Of a stretch of DNA of 32,000 nucleotides, positions 9,246 through 17,036 are shown piece after piece; the stretch's first letter is position 1; each line of letters begins with the position of its first letter. The notes under the pieces were generated by a model. The model had not been told where the DNA came from and did not search any database. It saw nothing but the letters and a program-made list of their open reading frames with translations. Source of the DNA: Edaphobacter aggregans (GTDB lineage: Bacteria; Acidobacteriota; Terriglobia; Terriglobales; Acidobacteriaceae); contig NZ_RSDW01000001.1 in NCBI RefSeq assembly GCF_003945235.1, forward strand, positions 3,990,001 through 4,022,000. The letters run 5' to 3'. The translations under genes were made by a program, and so were the position numbers.

Positions 9246-10505
9246 CTATTCCAGGCGGATCTTGTCTGTGTTGTCCCATCTGCTCATGTCCGACAGAATG
9301 ACGGTGTCGCCCTCCTGCAGACCTTCAATCACCTGAATGCTGTTCACCGAAGCTCGTCCAACTTTTACCGGAACTCGTACTGCTGTCTTGCCGTCCGTGC
9401 TCAGCTTGAAGAGGCTGATGGTACTGTTTTCGTTGCCGAACGCAGGGCGGCCCACGTAGACCACGTTTGCCATCCGGTCCAGATCGATCGTTCCATCAAC
9501 GCTCAGGTCCGGACGGGCGCCAAGTGGCAGAGCGCCTGCAAGTTCTACGTCAACGGTCACCGTTCCGTTCACTACCGCCGGATCAATTCGCATCACCTTA
9601 CCCTGAATGACACCGTTATGGGTGTCGATCTCCGACGGTTGGCCGATCTGGATGTCGCGCGCCTGCGTCTCGGCGATCTTCAAGCTGGCCTTCAGCTGGT
9701 CTGGTTGAACGACCTTCGCGAGCGTCGCCCCTGGATCCACGTGTTCTCCTACCTGGTGCGGCAGGTCGACAAGAACGCCACTGATTCCTGCGCGCACACT
9801 CAGCGCATCCTGTTGCTTCTGTTTCAGCGCCAGCAGAGCCTGCGCCTGTTCCACCTTCGTCTGCTGCACGGCAATCTGAGTCTCGATAGCTTTTTCATTC
9901 AGCGTCAGCCGTTGTTTCTCAAGACCATCCCGTGTCGTCAGCTCATCCGCTTTGCCCTTCGAAGCGTTGTACGTCAGCCCACTGATTACGCCCAGGTCGT
10001 AGAGCGATTTATCCGTCTGCGCCTGCAACTTCGCCTGACTGAAGTCCGCGCCCACTGTCGCTGCCGCGGCCTTCTGTGTCATCAGGTCGCTCTGCAACTT
10101 TGCTTTAACATTCGTCAGGTCGGCCTGTGCCGCCTTCAACTGCAACTGAGCGTCCAGCAACTCCTGCTGCACAGTCGGATCTGCCAGATCCATCAGGATT
10201 GTGTCCGGTTCCACCTTTGCGCCTGGAAGTACGCGGATGCGCACGACCGTCGCCTCCGTCTCAGCAGGAATCAGCCGAATCCTGTCCTCACGCGGAACCA
10301 GAGTGCCGGGTCCACGAACCTGCCGTAGCAGCGGCCCCCGTTTGACTTCGTCGGTCCAGACCGTTGCGCGGTCTACCGTAGGGGCCGCAGGCTTGAGCCG
10401 CGACACAAACAGCGCCACGCCAGCCAGCGCTAAAACGCCAACCCCCGTTGCGATCAATTGGCGGCGCATCTTCTTTTGCTTGATATCTGGTCTTGAGATG
10501 TCCAT
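9246..10505 (-). CDS. HlyD/MacA-family periplasmic adaptor (membrane fusion protein)
   Basis: 419 aa. N-terminal anchor MRRQLIATGVGVLALAGVALF, a long coiled-coil hairpin (QQELLDAQLQLKAAQADLTNVKAKLQ...), and a C-terminal beta-barrel region (GKVMRIDPAVVNGTVTVDVEL). The true start may be the second in-frame ATG at 10469. Confidence 0.85.
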   Translation of the reverse strand: MDISRPDIKQKKMRRQLIATGVGVLALAGVALFVSRLKPAAPTVDRATVWTDEVKRGPLLRQVRGPGTLVPREDRIRLIPAETEATVVRIRVLPGAKVEPDTILMDLADPTVQQELLDAQLQLKAAQADLTNVKAKLQSDLMTQKAAAATVGADFSQAKLQAQTDKSLYDLGVISGLTYNASKGKADELTTRDGLEKQRLTLNEKAIETQIAVQQTKVEQAQALLALKQKQQDALSVRAGISGVLVDLPHQVGEHVDPGATLAKVVQPDQLKASLKIAETQARDIQIGQPSEIDTHNGVIQGKVMRIDPAVVNGTVTVDVELAGALPLGARPDLSVDGTIDLDRMANVVYVGRPAFGNENSTISLFKLSTDGKTAVRVPVKVGRASVNSIQVIEGLQEGDTVILSDMSRWDNTDKIRLE

Positions 10506-10520
10506 TGCATACGTAGTAGG

Positions 10521-10536
10521 AGCAAGTCCCCTGCCA
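10521..10536 (-). promoter_or_regulatory. Candidate sigma54 (-24/-12) promoter of the efflux operon
   Basis: The minus strand from 10536 to 10521 reads TGGCAGGGGACTTGCT. Against the consensus TGGCACG-N4-TTGCW this has one mismatch and the exact GG-N10-GC spacing. It lies 16 nt upstream of ATG 10505. Confidence 0.6.
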
Positions 10537-10578
10537 ACGATGCATGAGCATTTTCAATGGCTTACGCTGCTGATTCCA

Positions 10579-10609
10579 GTCCGCACTGTCCGCGAGTGTG
10601 ATTGAGTGT
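10579..10609. repeat. Two adjacent pairs of 6-nt direct repeats: GTCCGC-N3-GTCCGC, then GAGTGT-N4-GAGTGT
   Basis: Read directly on the plus strand. GTCCGC is at 10579 and 10588; GAGTGT is at 10594 and 10604, giving 9- and 10-bp periodicity. The block lies 43-88 bp upstream of the -24 element in the intergenic region. Confidence 0.5.
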
Positions 10610-10672
10610 CCATTTTTGAACACCAAAATACCCTCGCAGAGTTTGCTGTAGCTATACGTCCACCTGCCATCT

Positions 10673-11704
10673 CTATATAGAGACGGTTTTATAAGTAGGC
10701 TCCAGTGCGCGTTGTGCAGTGATCTTGAGATTCGAAGGCAGGTAACTGAGTAGATGCTGCAACCGACTCGCCACACTGCTGGCCACGGCGGCATCCGGCG
10801 AGACTTCCCGGATATGAGGCAGCCCCCACAGCACACTCCATGATTCATCAATCTCATCCAGCCCGTGCGCTGCGGTGTCCAGAGCCTGATACTTTTGCCA
10901 AACTACAGGGTCGATGATCAGCCCGTTGTCGATGCACTTACCCATCATCCACTTCAGAGTAATGTCGGAGAGACCGCAGTCCTTGCACCCGCCACCCACG
11001 CTGCTATGGCATCCGCTGAACCACACCTGCTCGAGGATCTGCCCCGGAACGTTATCGCTCACCCAAAGGGTCGGTGGAAACGCCTTGCGCCGCTCATCTA
11101 TCGAAATCGCATGATAGGCGGCCTTTACCGATGCGCTCAGTTGCGTATCAAGAAAGCCGTACAAAACCGGATCTACGCCGCCAAATAAACTTGGTACGCC
11201 TAGCGAGCCCACTGTATCCCAAACCCCGATCATCGCGATCGTCACCGGCTTGTTGCCGTACTTCGCTGTCAAGTTTGCCTGGGCCGCTGCGCGCTCCGGA
11301 GAACCTGGTTTCATCCGGTAGGTGTTGAAGGCATCACTAATGGCGTCGTCCGTCAGATTGGTAGGCAGCCCGCACGCGGACAGCATCCCACCGATGCTTC
11401 TGGCCGTATAGGCACCGCGGCTAAAACCGATCAGGAAGATCTGATCTCCCTCGGAATAATCATGTGCAATCTTGGTGTAGCCTTCCTTCACCTTGTTGAA
11501 CAGTCCGGTGCCAAACGCTCCGCCCAGCAAGTGGCTGATAATCGATCCGTCGGTGCCGACTCCATCGTCGTAGCGTGGACATTGCGTTGCAGTCGTGGGC
11601 AGCGCTTTGTACAGCTTGTACACGTTCGTATCCGTCACAGAGACCGTATTGGCCTCCTTAGGATGATTCCACGTTCCGTCTGCACAAAAGATGATGTTCT
11701 TCAT
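10673..11704 (-). CDS. DUF2235 alpha/beta hydrolase (T6SS phospholipase effector Tle1-like domain)
   Basis: 343 aa. Hallmark motifs appear in order: IIFCADGTWN, GFSRGA (GxSxG nucleophile elbow), VWDTVGSLG, HAISIDERRKAF, QVWFSGCHSSVGGG. No signal peptide. GAGGG RBS 7 nt upstream. Confidence 0.85.
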   Translation of the reverse strand: MKNIIFCADGTWNHPKEANTVSVTDTNVYKLYKALPTTATQCPRYDDGVGTDGSIISHLLGGAFGTGLFNKVKEGYTKIAHDYSEGDQIFLIGFSRGAYTARSIGGMLSACGLPTNLTDDAISDAFNTYRMKPGSPERAAAQANLTAKYGNKPVTIAMIGVWDTVGSLGVPSLFGGVDPVLYGFLDTQLSASVKAAYHAISIDERRKAFPPTLWVSDNVPGQILEQVWFSGCHSSVGGGCKDCGLSDITLKWMMGKCIDNGLIIDPVVWQKYQALDTAAHGLDEIDESWSVLWGLPHIREVSPDAAVASSVASRLQHLLSYLPSNLKITAQRALEPTYKTVSI

Positions 11705-11872
11705 TGCAATACCCTCTCATAACTGACCGCCAAGTCGCACCGGAGCCCTTGAAATGAACAGCACCATGCTACACCGGATCAGCAGAGCGATCTTTCGACA
11801 AAGATTCATTGCTGGATATGTACAGTACTATCGGAAAATCCTCGCAACCGGCGAGAAGAGATCCGTATCCCG

Positions 11873-13027
11873 ATGATCGTCTTTCGTTCCTGTTTTGCAA
11901 CGAAGCTAAATCTGTACATCTTGCTTCTCCTCCTCGCAACACTGCGACTCCCGGCTCAGACAACGCTCGCGACCTTGTCATCTCCTCTCGACTATCAGGT
12001 CTTCCAGCGTCAAAGCCGACAGCAAGGGACCATCTTGATCCGCGGTCGCGTCAGTGTCCCTGCGGATCGTGTTGAAGCCCGCATCGTCGGCCAATCTCTC
12101 CCATCGAAATGGAAGCGCCTCACCTTCGATAGCACAACAGGAGACTTTCGATCCGATGCCCCAACTCCAGCGGGCGGTTTTTACTCCGTAGAGGTGAAGT
12201 TGCTGCGCAAGTCACGGACCGTTGCTGAGCTGACAGTGCCGCACGTAGGCGTTGGAGAAGTCTTCCTCATCTCCGGCCAATCCAACTCGACCAACTACGG
12301 CGAAGTCCCCCAGACAACGGAAACCGGCATGGTGACAACCTTCAGCGGAGAGGCGTGGCAGCTCGCCAATGACCCTCAGCCCGGAACGCAGGACAACAGC
12401 AAAAAGGGCAGCTTCGCCCCGTCCTTTGGCGATGCACTCTACCGCAAATATCACGTGCCTATTGGAATCGCCTCGGTTGGCCACGGCTCTACCAGCGTGC
12501 GTCAATGGCTGCCGACGGGCGAACGTGTCGAAGTGATGCCGACCATGACGAAGTACATCCTCAAGGGTAACGACGGCAGCCTCACCAGCGATGGCACTTT
12601 ATTCAATGGAATGATGGCGCGCATACATCAACTCGGCCCACATGGCTTTCGCGCCATTCTCTGGCACCAGGGCGAGTCGGACTCCCATCAGCCGCCGGAG
12701 CACGAAATCTCCGGCGAGACGTACCGCCGTATGCTCGAGCACGTCATTCTTACCACTCGTAAGCAAGCCGGCTGGGACATCCCGTGGTTCGTCGCCCAGG
12801 CCAGCTATCACACGCCTGAAGACACATCTACTCCGGCCATCCGCGAGTCTCAGCGTAGTCTCTGGCAAGCCGGCATCGCGTTGGAAGGTCCCGACACGGA
12901 CACTCTCACCGCCGCGTACCGGCAGAATAACGGCAAGGGCACTCACCTCAACGATGCAGGCCTGAAGCTGCATGGCCAGATGTGGGCCCACCAGGTGGAA
13001 CTGTATCTGGACGAAGTCTTGAGGTAG
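11873..13027 (+). CDS. SASA-family (sialate O-acetylesterase-like, DUF303) carbohydrate esterase, secreted
   Basis: 384 aa. Signal peptide LNLYILLLLLATLRLPAQT. Motifs FLISGQSNS (GQSN nucleophile), ILWHQGESD, and GTHLNDAG near the C-terminus. Confidence 0.7.
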   Translation: MIVFRSCFATKLNLYILLLLLATLRLPAQTTLATLSSPLDYQVFQRQSRQQGTILIRGRVSVPADRVEARIVGQSLPSKWKRLTFDSTTGDFRSDAPTPAGGFYSVEVKLLRKSRTVAELTVPHVGVGEVFLISGQSNSTNYGEVPQTTETGMVTTFSGEAWQLANDPQPGTQDNSKKGSFAPSFGDALYRKYHVPIGIASVGHGSTSVRQWLPTGERVEVMPTMTKYILKGNDGSLTSDGTLFNGMMARIHQLGPHGFRAILWHQGESDSHQPPEHEISGETYRRMLEHVILTTRKQAGWDIPWFVAQASYHTPEDTSTPAIRESQRSLWQAGIALEGPDTDTLTAAYRQNNGKGTHLNDAGLKLHGQMWAHQVELYLDEVLR

Positions 13028-13230
13028 TCGCTATCGCGACAAATTTTTCACATCCGTCGAGGCCAATAAATGCAAACGTATACAATTTGGCCGTATCTTG
13101 AAAAGATGTTGCCCACGAAAATCGAACTTTGCGGATGAAATGCACTTATCTTTGTTGATAGATGGCGATTTTCTGTCTTGAGCGGATCAATTTCAACAAT
13201 AAAAAGTAAAAGCAATTAGTAAAAAATTTC

Positions 13231-13260
13231 TTGACAACAGAATCTCTGGATTTATAGGAT
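13231..13260 (+). promoter_or_regulatory. Candidate sigma70-type promoter for the TonB-dependent receptor gene
   Basis: TTGACA (13231-13236), an 18-nt spacer, then TAGGAT (13255-13260); alternatively TATAGG with a 16-nt spacer. It sits in a 285-bp AT-rich intergenic region, about 50 nt upstream of the start codon. Confidence 0.4.
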
Positions 13261-13312
13261 TCGCGGCGTCAACCTTTCCAGGTTTTTGCTGTACCCAACT
13301 CAGGAGCCAGTC

Positions 13313-16300
13313 ATGCGAGTCCTTCGGATGTTTCAAAATAAAACCGCCATCAGAGCGGCGATGATCGTAAGTATGGTGCTTGCGGGAATCGCTGGCCTCA
13401 CCATACCGGCCTTCTCTCAAAGCTCTTCTTCCTCAGTCAACGGCGTAGTCACCGATCCCGTCCAGGCCGTCGTCGCCGGTGTGAGGGTCGTTCTGAAAAA
13501 TGTGGACACCAACGTCGAACGCGTCACTGTTTCCAATGCCGCCGGAGATTACTTCTTCACGAGCGTTCCGCCAGCCAGATATACCCTTACGTTTTCGGCG
13601 AAGAGCTTCCAGACCGAAGCCATCGCGGTCTTCGAGGTCTCAGTAGCTCAGGCTGTCACGATCAATGCGGCACTCCGGATAGGCGAGACATCGCAGTCCG
13701 TTACGGTGGAAGCGGCTGGCACCCAGGTGGAAAGCTCCACCGCGCAGCTCGGAATGGTGATCGGCCAAAAAGCAGTGACCGATCTCCCGTTGAACGGTCG
13801 CAACTTCACGCAACTGCTTACTCTGACTCCCGGTGTGACGCCCATCAGTTCTGGCCAGAACTCCGGCGCCAGCAACACCGCCGTTACTGCTGCCAGCACG
13901 ACGAGTTATTCCTTCCCCTCGATCAACGGCGCTGGCAACCGGTCCACGATCTATCTCGTCGACGGCATAAACGACAACCAGGCTTGGTATAACACCTACG
14001 CTGTCCCGCCCATTATCGATACCGTCCAGGAATTCAAGATCAACTCCCACAACGACTCTCAGTACGGCGGATCGTTGGGCGGTGTGGTCAACATCATTAG
14101 CAAATCCGGCACAAACTCCTACCACGGCTCCGGATGGTGGTTCCTACGTAACAATGGGTTTGACGCGACGCCCTACATCTCAGCGCCGACCTCCTATCAC
14201 TTGAATACGTTTGGCGGTCAGATGGGTGGGCCGGTGAGGATTCCTCACCTGTACAACGGCCGGGACAAGACCTTCTTTGAAATCGGCGCAGAGGGAACAC
14301 ATTACTCCAAAGCGGGATCGACGAATATCCTTATTCCCACTCAAGCTCAAATCAACGGAGACTTTAGCAGCGCAACGACAGGTGTGACAAAAAGCGGTAC
14401 ATGCTTTGCAGGCGACGCTAAGGTCGAATCATTCCCGTGCCAGTTATACGATCCGACTGTCGCAAATAACGCCGCAACCCCAGGCCGCCCAGGTTTTCTG
14501 GGTAATCAGATCCCACTCTCCAAGATGAACCCCTACTCGCTGGCGTTCATCAAGGCAGTATTCGGATCAGCGACGCCGATCACTATTCCTGGAATCCCTT
14601 CCACGACCAGCAATTTTCAAATTACCGATCCTACCCGGCAGCTCGTGTACAACTACACGGGCCGAATTGATCAGCACATCGGCACAAAAGATTTCATCTT
14701 TTTCCGTTATGCCGGTATCCAGTGGTATCAAAACGCCCCGAGCTCGCTTCCCACCCTTTTCACTTCTACTCAGATTCCCGCTCAGCAGTACGGTGTGAGC
14801 TGGATGCATGTCTTCAATCCGACCACCAGCATGCAGGTGCAATATGGCAAGACGCATGTCGAGGACAACGTCCTCACTCAGTTCAATAACCACAACCTGT
14901 GGCAGACCTACGGATGCTCCACCGATATGTGCAACTCCTTCGTCGGAGGAGCTGCTGTATTAATTACGCAAACGGTAACAGGCGGCTTCAACGGGGGCGA
15001 GGTCAACAGTCCTTCACCGAATCTGTCCAGCATCCACGAGTGGTCAGGCAGTGTCATGAAGACCATCGGCAACCACCAACTCCAGGCTGGCGGCGGCTGG
15101 GATCAGGTCAACTACACCGCGGAGCTGCGTCAGGGTACAGTTACATTCTCCGGCGCCTCCACGGGAAACTTCGGCGCTGTTCCTGGAAAGGCTGGCGCAA
15201 ATCCCGGCTCGCCTGCTGCAATCACCGCGGCACAGATCACTGCGCAGTCCGGCTTCGGGCTGGCAGACTTCCTGCTCGACTATCCCAACTCAGAGAACAA
15301 GCGCAACGTCCTACTCTCCGAGCGTCCTGGTGGGATCGGCAGCATTTATGTGCAGGATAGCTGGAAGTTGACGCGTAACCTGACGGTCAACTACGGCGCC
15401 CGCTATGACCGCAGCGTTATCCCCGCCTACGGTACGCCCGCCTCGGTAGGGTTGCAGGGCAGCATCGAGACTGGCGACTTCGATTTCAACACCGGCGATT
15501 ACATCCTTCAGCAGTTGCCGCCGCTCTGCAGTGATCGTGGGCACGCGCCGTGCCTGCCCAGCTCAACCCTTCCGGCACACGTACGCGTTGCTTCAGGCGG
15601 GAAAATACTCCATGGCAGCAAGGACAACATCGGTCCTCGCGTGGGCTTTGCTTATCGTGCAAATGACAAGCTGTCCATCCGCGGCGGTTTCGGCATGACC
15701 TATGACAACTGGGCGGCCATCATCCAGATGACGCAGAACTACCAGGGCTCCTGGCCTGACACTGGTACTTTGCAAATCAACAATACCAACACACCCGGCA
15801 CCCCCTACACTTCCGCACAGAACCCCTTCGCCGATAACGGCGGTAACCTGCCTGCTGCAACCCCCTTCGGATCTTCCAACGTGAACTACATGGTGGACCC
15901 GCGCTGGAAAAATCCCTACTCCGAGCAGTACAACCTCGGCATCGAACAGCAGTTCGGCAACCGTACCATCTTCTCTCTGAACTACGTCGGCTCGGCATCG
16001 CATCGTATGGACGTTGGCGGCTACTACAACACCGGTACTCCAGCCGTCGCAGCCTCCTTCGCTGCCCGGCAGACAGCGGGCACCACGGGGCAGCCGTATC
16101 CGTACACTGTCCCGCAAAAATCATGGGATCATAACGCTGCAAGTGCGTCCTACAACGCGTTGCAGGCGTCCCTCGTACGGTCATTCGTCTCGGGCTTCGG
16201 CTACACGGTCGCCTATACGTGGAGCAAAACGCTGGATGAAGGTGGCGACGGTTATTTCGGCGTGGAAGGCGGGGTTCCTGAAGATCCCTACAATCCGAAG

Positions 16301-16921
16301 GGCAGCCGCGGTCCTGCGAGCTTCAGCATTCCGCAGATTCTCACCGCCAACGTTCTCTACGAACTTCCTTTTGGCAGGGGTAAGGCTTTCGAAACCGGAA
16401 ATCGGGTTGCCGATCTAATCATCGGCAACTGGCAGGTGAACGGAATCTTGTCTGGACGTTCCGGTCAGACCCTCAATATCTCAGCGGCAGGAGATCTTGC
16501 CAATACAGGGAACGCCGGCACGTACGAAAGGGCCGATCTGGTTGGCGAGCCCTTCCAAAGCGGCCCCGTCGCGGGGAATCCAACCTGCGTTCCGCCCGCC
16601 GGCCCAACGCGAACTCGTTATCAGTGGTTCAATCCCTGCGCTTTTGCGACTCCCAAAGGTGGCACGTTGGGGAACGCGCCGCGCAACTTCATGCAGGCGC
16701 CGACGTTCTGGAATTTGGACACATCCGTTCACCGGCTGTTTCCGATCAGAGAGTCCCTCGCACTGAAGATCGATGTGGAAGCATTCAATGTGCTAAACCA
16801 CCCCGTCCTTGGCAGCCCGGCGTCAAGCGTGACCACGCCAGCGACCTTCGGTCAGATCAGCACATTGGCATACGGAAACGCAGCACGCATCCTGCAATTC
16901 GCGGCGAAAATCCAGTTCTAA
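13313..16921 (+). CDS. TonB-dependent receptor with N-terminal carboxypeptidase-regulatory-like domain
   Basis: Start ATG 13313, with AGGAG 6 nt upstream. Signal peptide ...GLTIPAFSQ. CarboxypepD_reg-like segment VNGVVTDPVQAVVAGVRVVLKNVDTNVERVTVSNAAGDYFF. Plug motif DLPLNGRNFTQLLTLTPGV. Long beta-barrel ending in the terminal aromatic residue ...AAKIQF. Confidence 0.9.
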   Translation: MRVLRMFQNKTAIRAAMIVSMVLAGIAGLTIPAFSQSSSSSVNGVVTDPVQAVVAGVRVVLKNVDTNVERVTVSNAAGDYFFTSVPPARYTLTFSAKSFQTEAIAVFEVSVAQAVTINAALRIGETSQSVTVEAAGTQVESSTAQLGMVIGQKAVTDLPLNGRNFTQLLTLTPGVTPISSGQNSGASNTAVTAASTTSYSFPSINGAGNRSTIYLVDGINDNQAWYNTYAVPPIIDTVQEFKINSHNDSQYGGSLGGVVNIISKSGTNSYHGSGWWFLRNNGFDATPYISAPTSYHLNTFGGQMGGPVRIPHLYNGRDKTFFEIGAEGTHYSKAGSTNILIPTQAQINGDFSSATTGVTKSGTCFAGDAKVESFPCQLYDPTVANNAATPGRPGFLGNQIPLSKMNPYSLAFIKAVFGSATPITIPGIPSTTSNFQITDPTRQLVYNYTGRIDQHIGTKDFIFFRYAGIQWYQNAPSSLPTLFTSTQIPAQQYGVSWMHVFNPTTSMQVQYGKTHVEDNVLTQFNNHNLWQTYGCSTDMCNSFVGGAAVLITQTVTGGFNGGEVNSPSPNLSSIHEWSGSVMKTIGNHQLQAGGGWDQVNYTAELRQGTVTFSGASTGNFGAVPGKAGANPGSPAAITAAQITAQSGFGLADFLLDYPNSENKRNVLLSERPGGIGSIYVQDSWKLTRNLTVNYGARYDRSVIPAYGTPASVGLQGSIETGDFDFNTGDYILQQLPPLCSDRGHAPCLPSSTLPAHVRVASGGKILHGSKDNIGPRVGFAYRANDKLSIRGGFGMTYDNWAAIIQMTQNYQGSWPDTGTLQINNTNTPGTPYTSAQNPFADNGGNLPAATPFGSSNVNYMVDPRWKNPYSEQYNLGIEQQFGNRTIFSLNYVGSASHRMDVGGYYNTGTPAVAASFAARQTAGTTGQPYPYTVPQKSWDHNAASASYNALQASLVRSFVSGFGYTVAYTWSKTLDEGGDGYFGVEGGVPEDPYNPKGSRGPASFSIPQILTANVLYELPFGRGKAFETGNRVADLIIGNWQVNGILSGRSGQTLNISAAGDLANTGNAGTYERADLVGEPFQSGPVAGNPTCVPPAGPTRTRYQWFNPCAFATPKGGTLGNAPRNFMQAPTFWNLDTSVHRLFPIRESLALKIDVEAFNVLNHPVLGSPASSVTTPATFGQISTLAYGNAARILQFAAKIQF

Positions 16922-16946
16922 AACGCTACGATTTCCACTTTCCTCA

Positions 16947-16972
16947 GGGATGGGCTTCGGCCCGTCCCTTTT
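16947..16972 (+). terminator. Rho-independent terminator of the TBDR gene
   Basis: GGGATGGGC-TTCG-GCCCGTCCC forms a 9-bp stem (with one G.U pair) and a UUCG tetraloop, followed by TTTT. It begins 26 nt after the stop codon. Confidence 0.75.
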
Positions 16973-17036
16973 CCTTGTTGAAAGCGAGCAAGCTGGACAG
17001 CCAACGTCCAGGTCTGGGGCATAGCTGGAGCCACGC

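Noticed and set aside
10288-10857. 189-aa minus-strand ORF bridging the adaptor gene start, the intergenic region and the Tle1-like gene end.
   Set aside because: It overlaps two well-supported genes in other frames and spans the sigma54 promoter. Its composition is Cys/Trp/Arg-rich and it has no motif.
13027-13048. GTCGC-tatc-GCGAC hairpin followed by AAATTTTT, right after the esterase stop, as a possible terminator.
   Set aside because: The stem is only 5 bp and includes the last base of the stop codon, and A residues precede the T-run. It is too weak to call, and read-through into the TBDR gene is equally plausible.
13072-13086. Shared heptamer CAAACGT with nearby AATGCA, seen both upstream of the TBDR gene (13072..) and in the IclR/MFS spacer (22641..). 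I considered it as a common operator.
   Set aside because: A shared 7-mer between a 285-bp region and a 101-bp region, counting both strands, is expected by chance a few times. The flanks align only with gaps, and the motif is absent from the fucD/fucosidase spacer.
13193-13420. 75-aa minus-strand ORF across the TBDR promoter and start.
   Set aside because: It is antisense to the TBDR 5' end and the AT-rich promoter tract. It has no RBS and no recognisable features.
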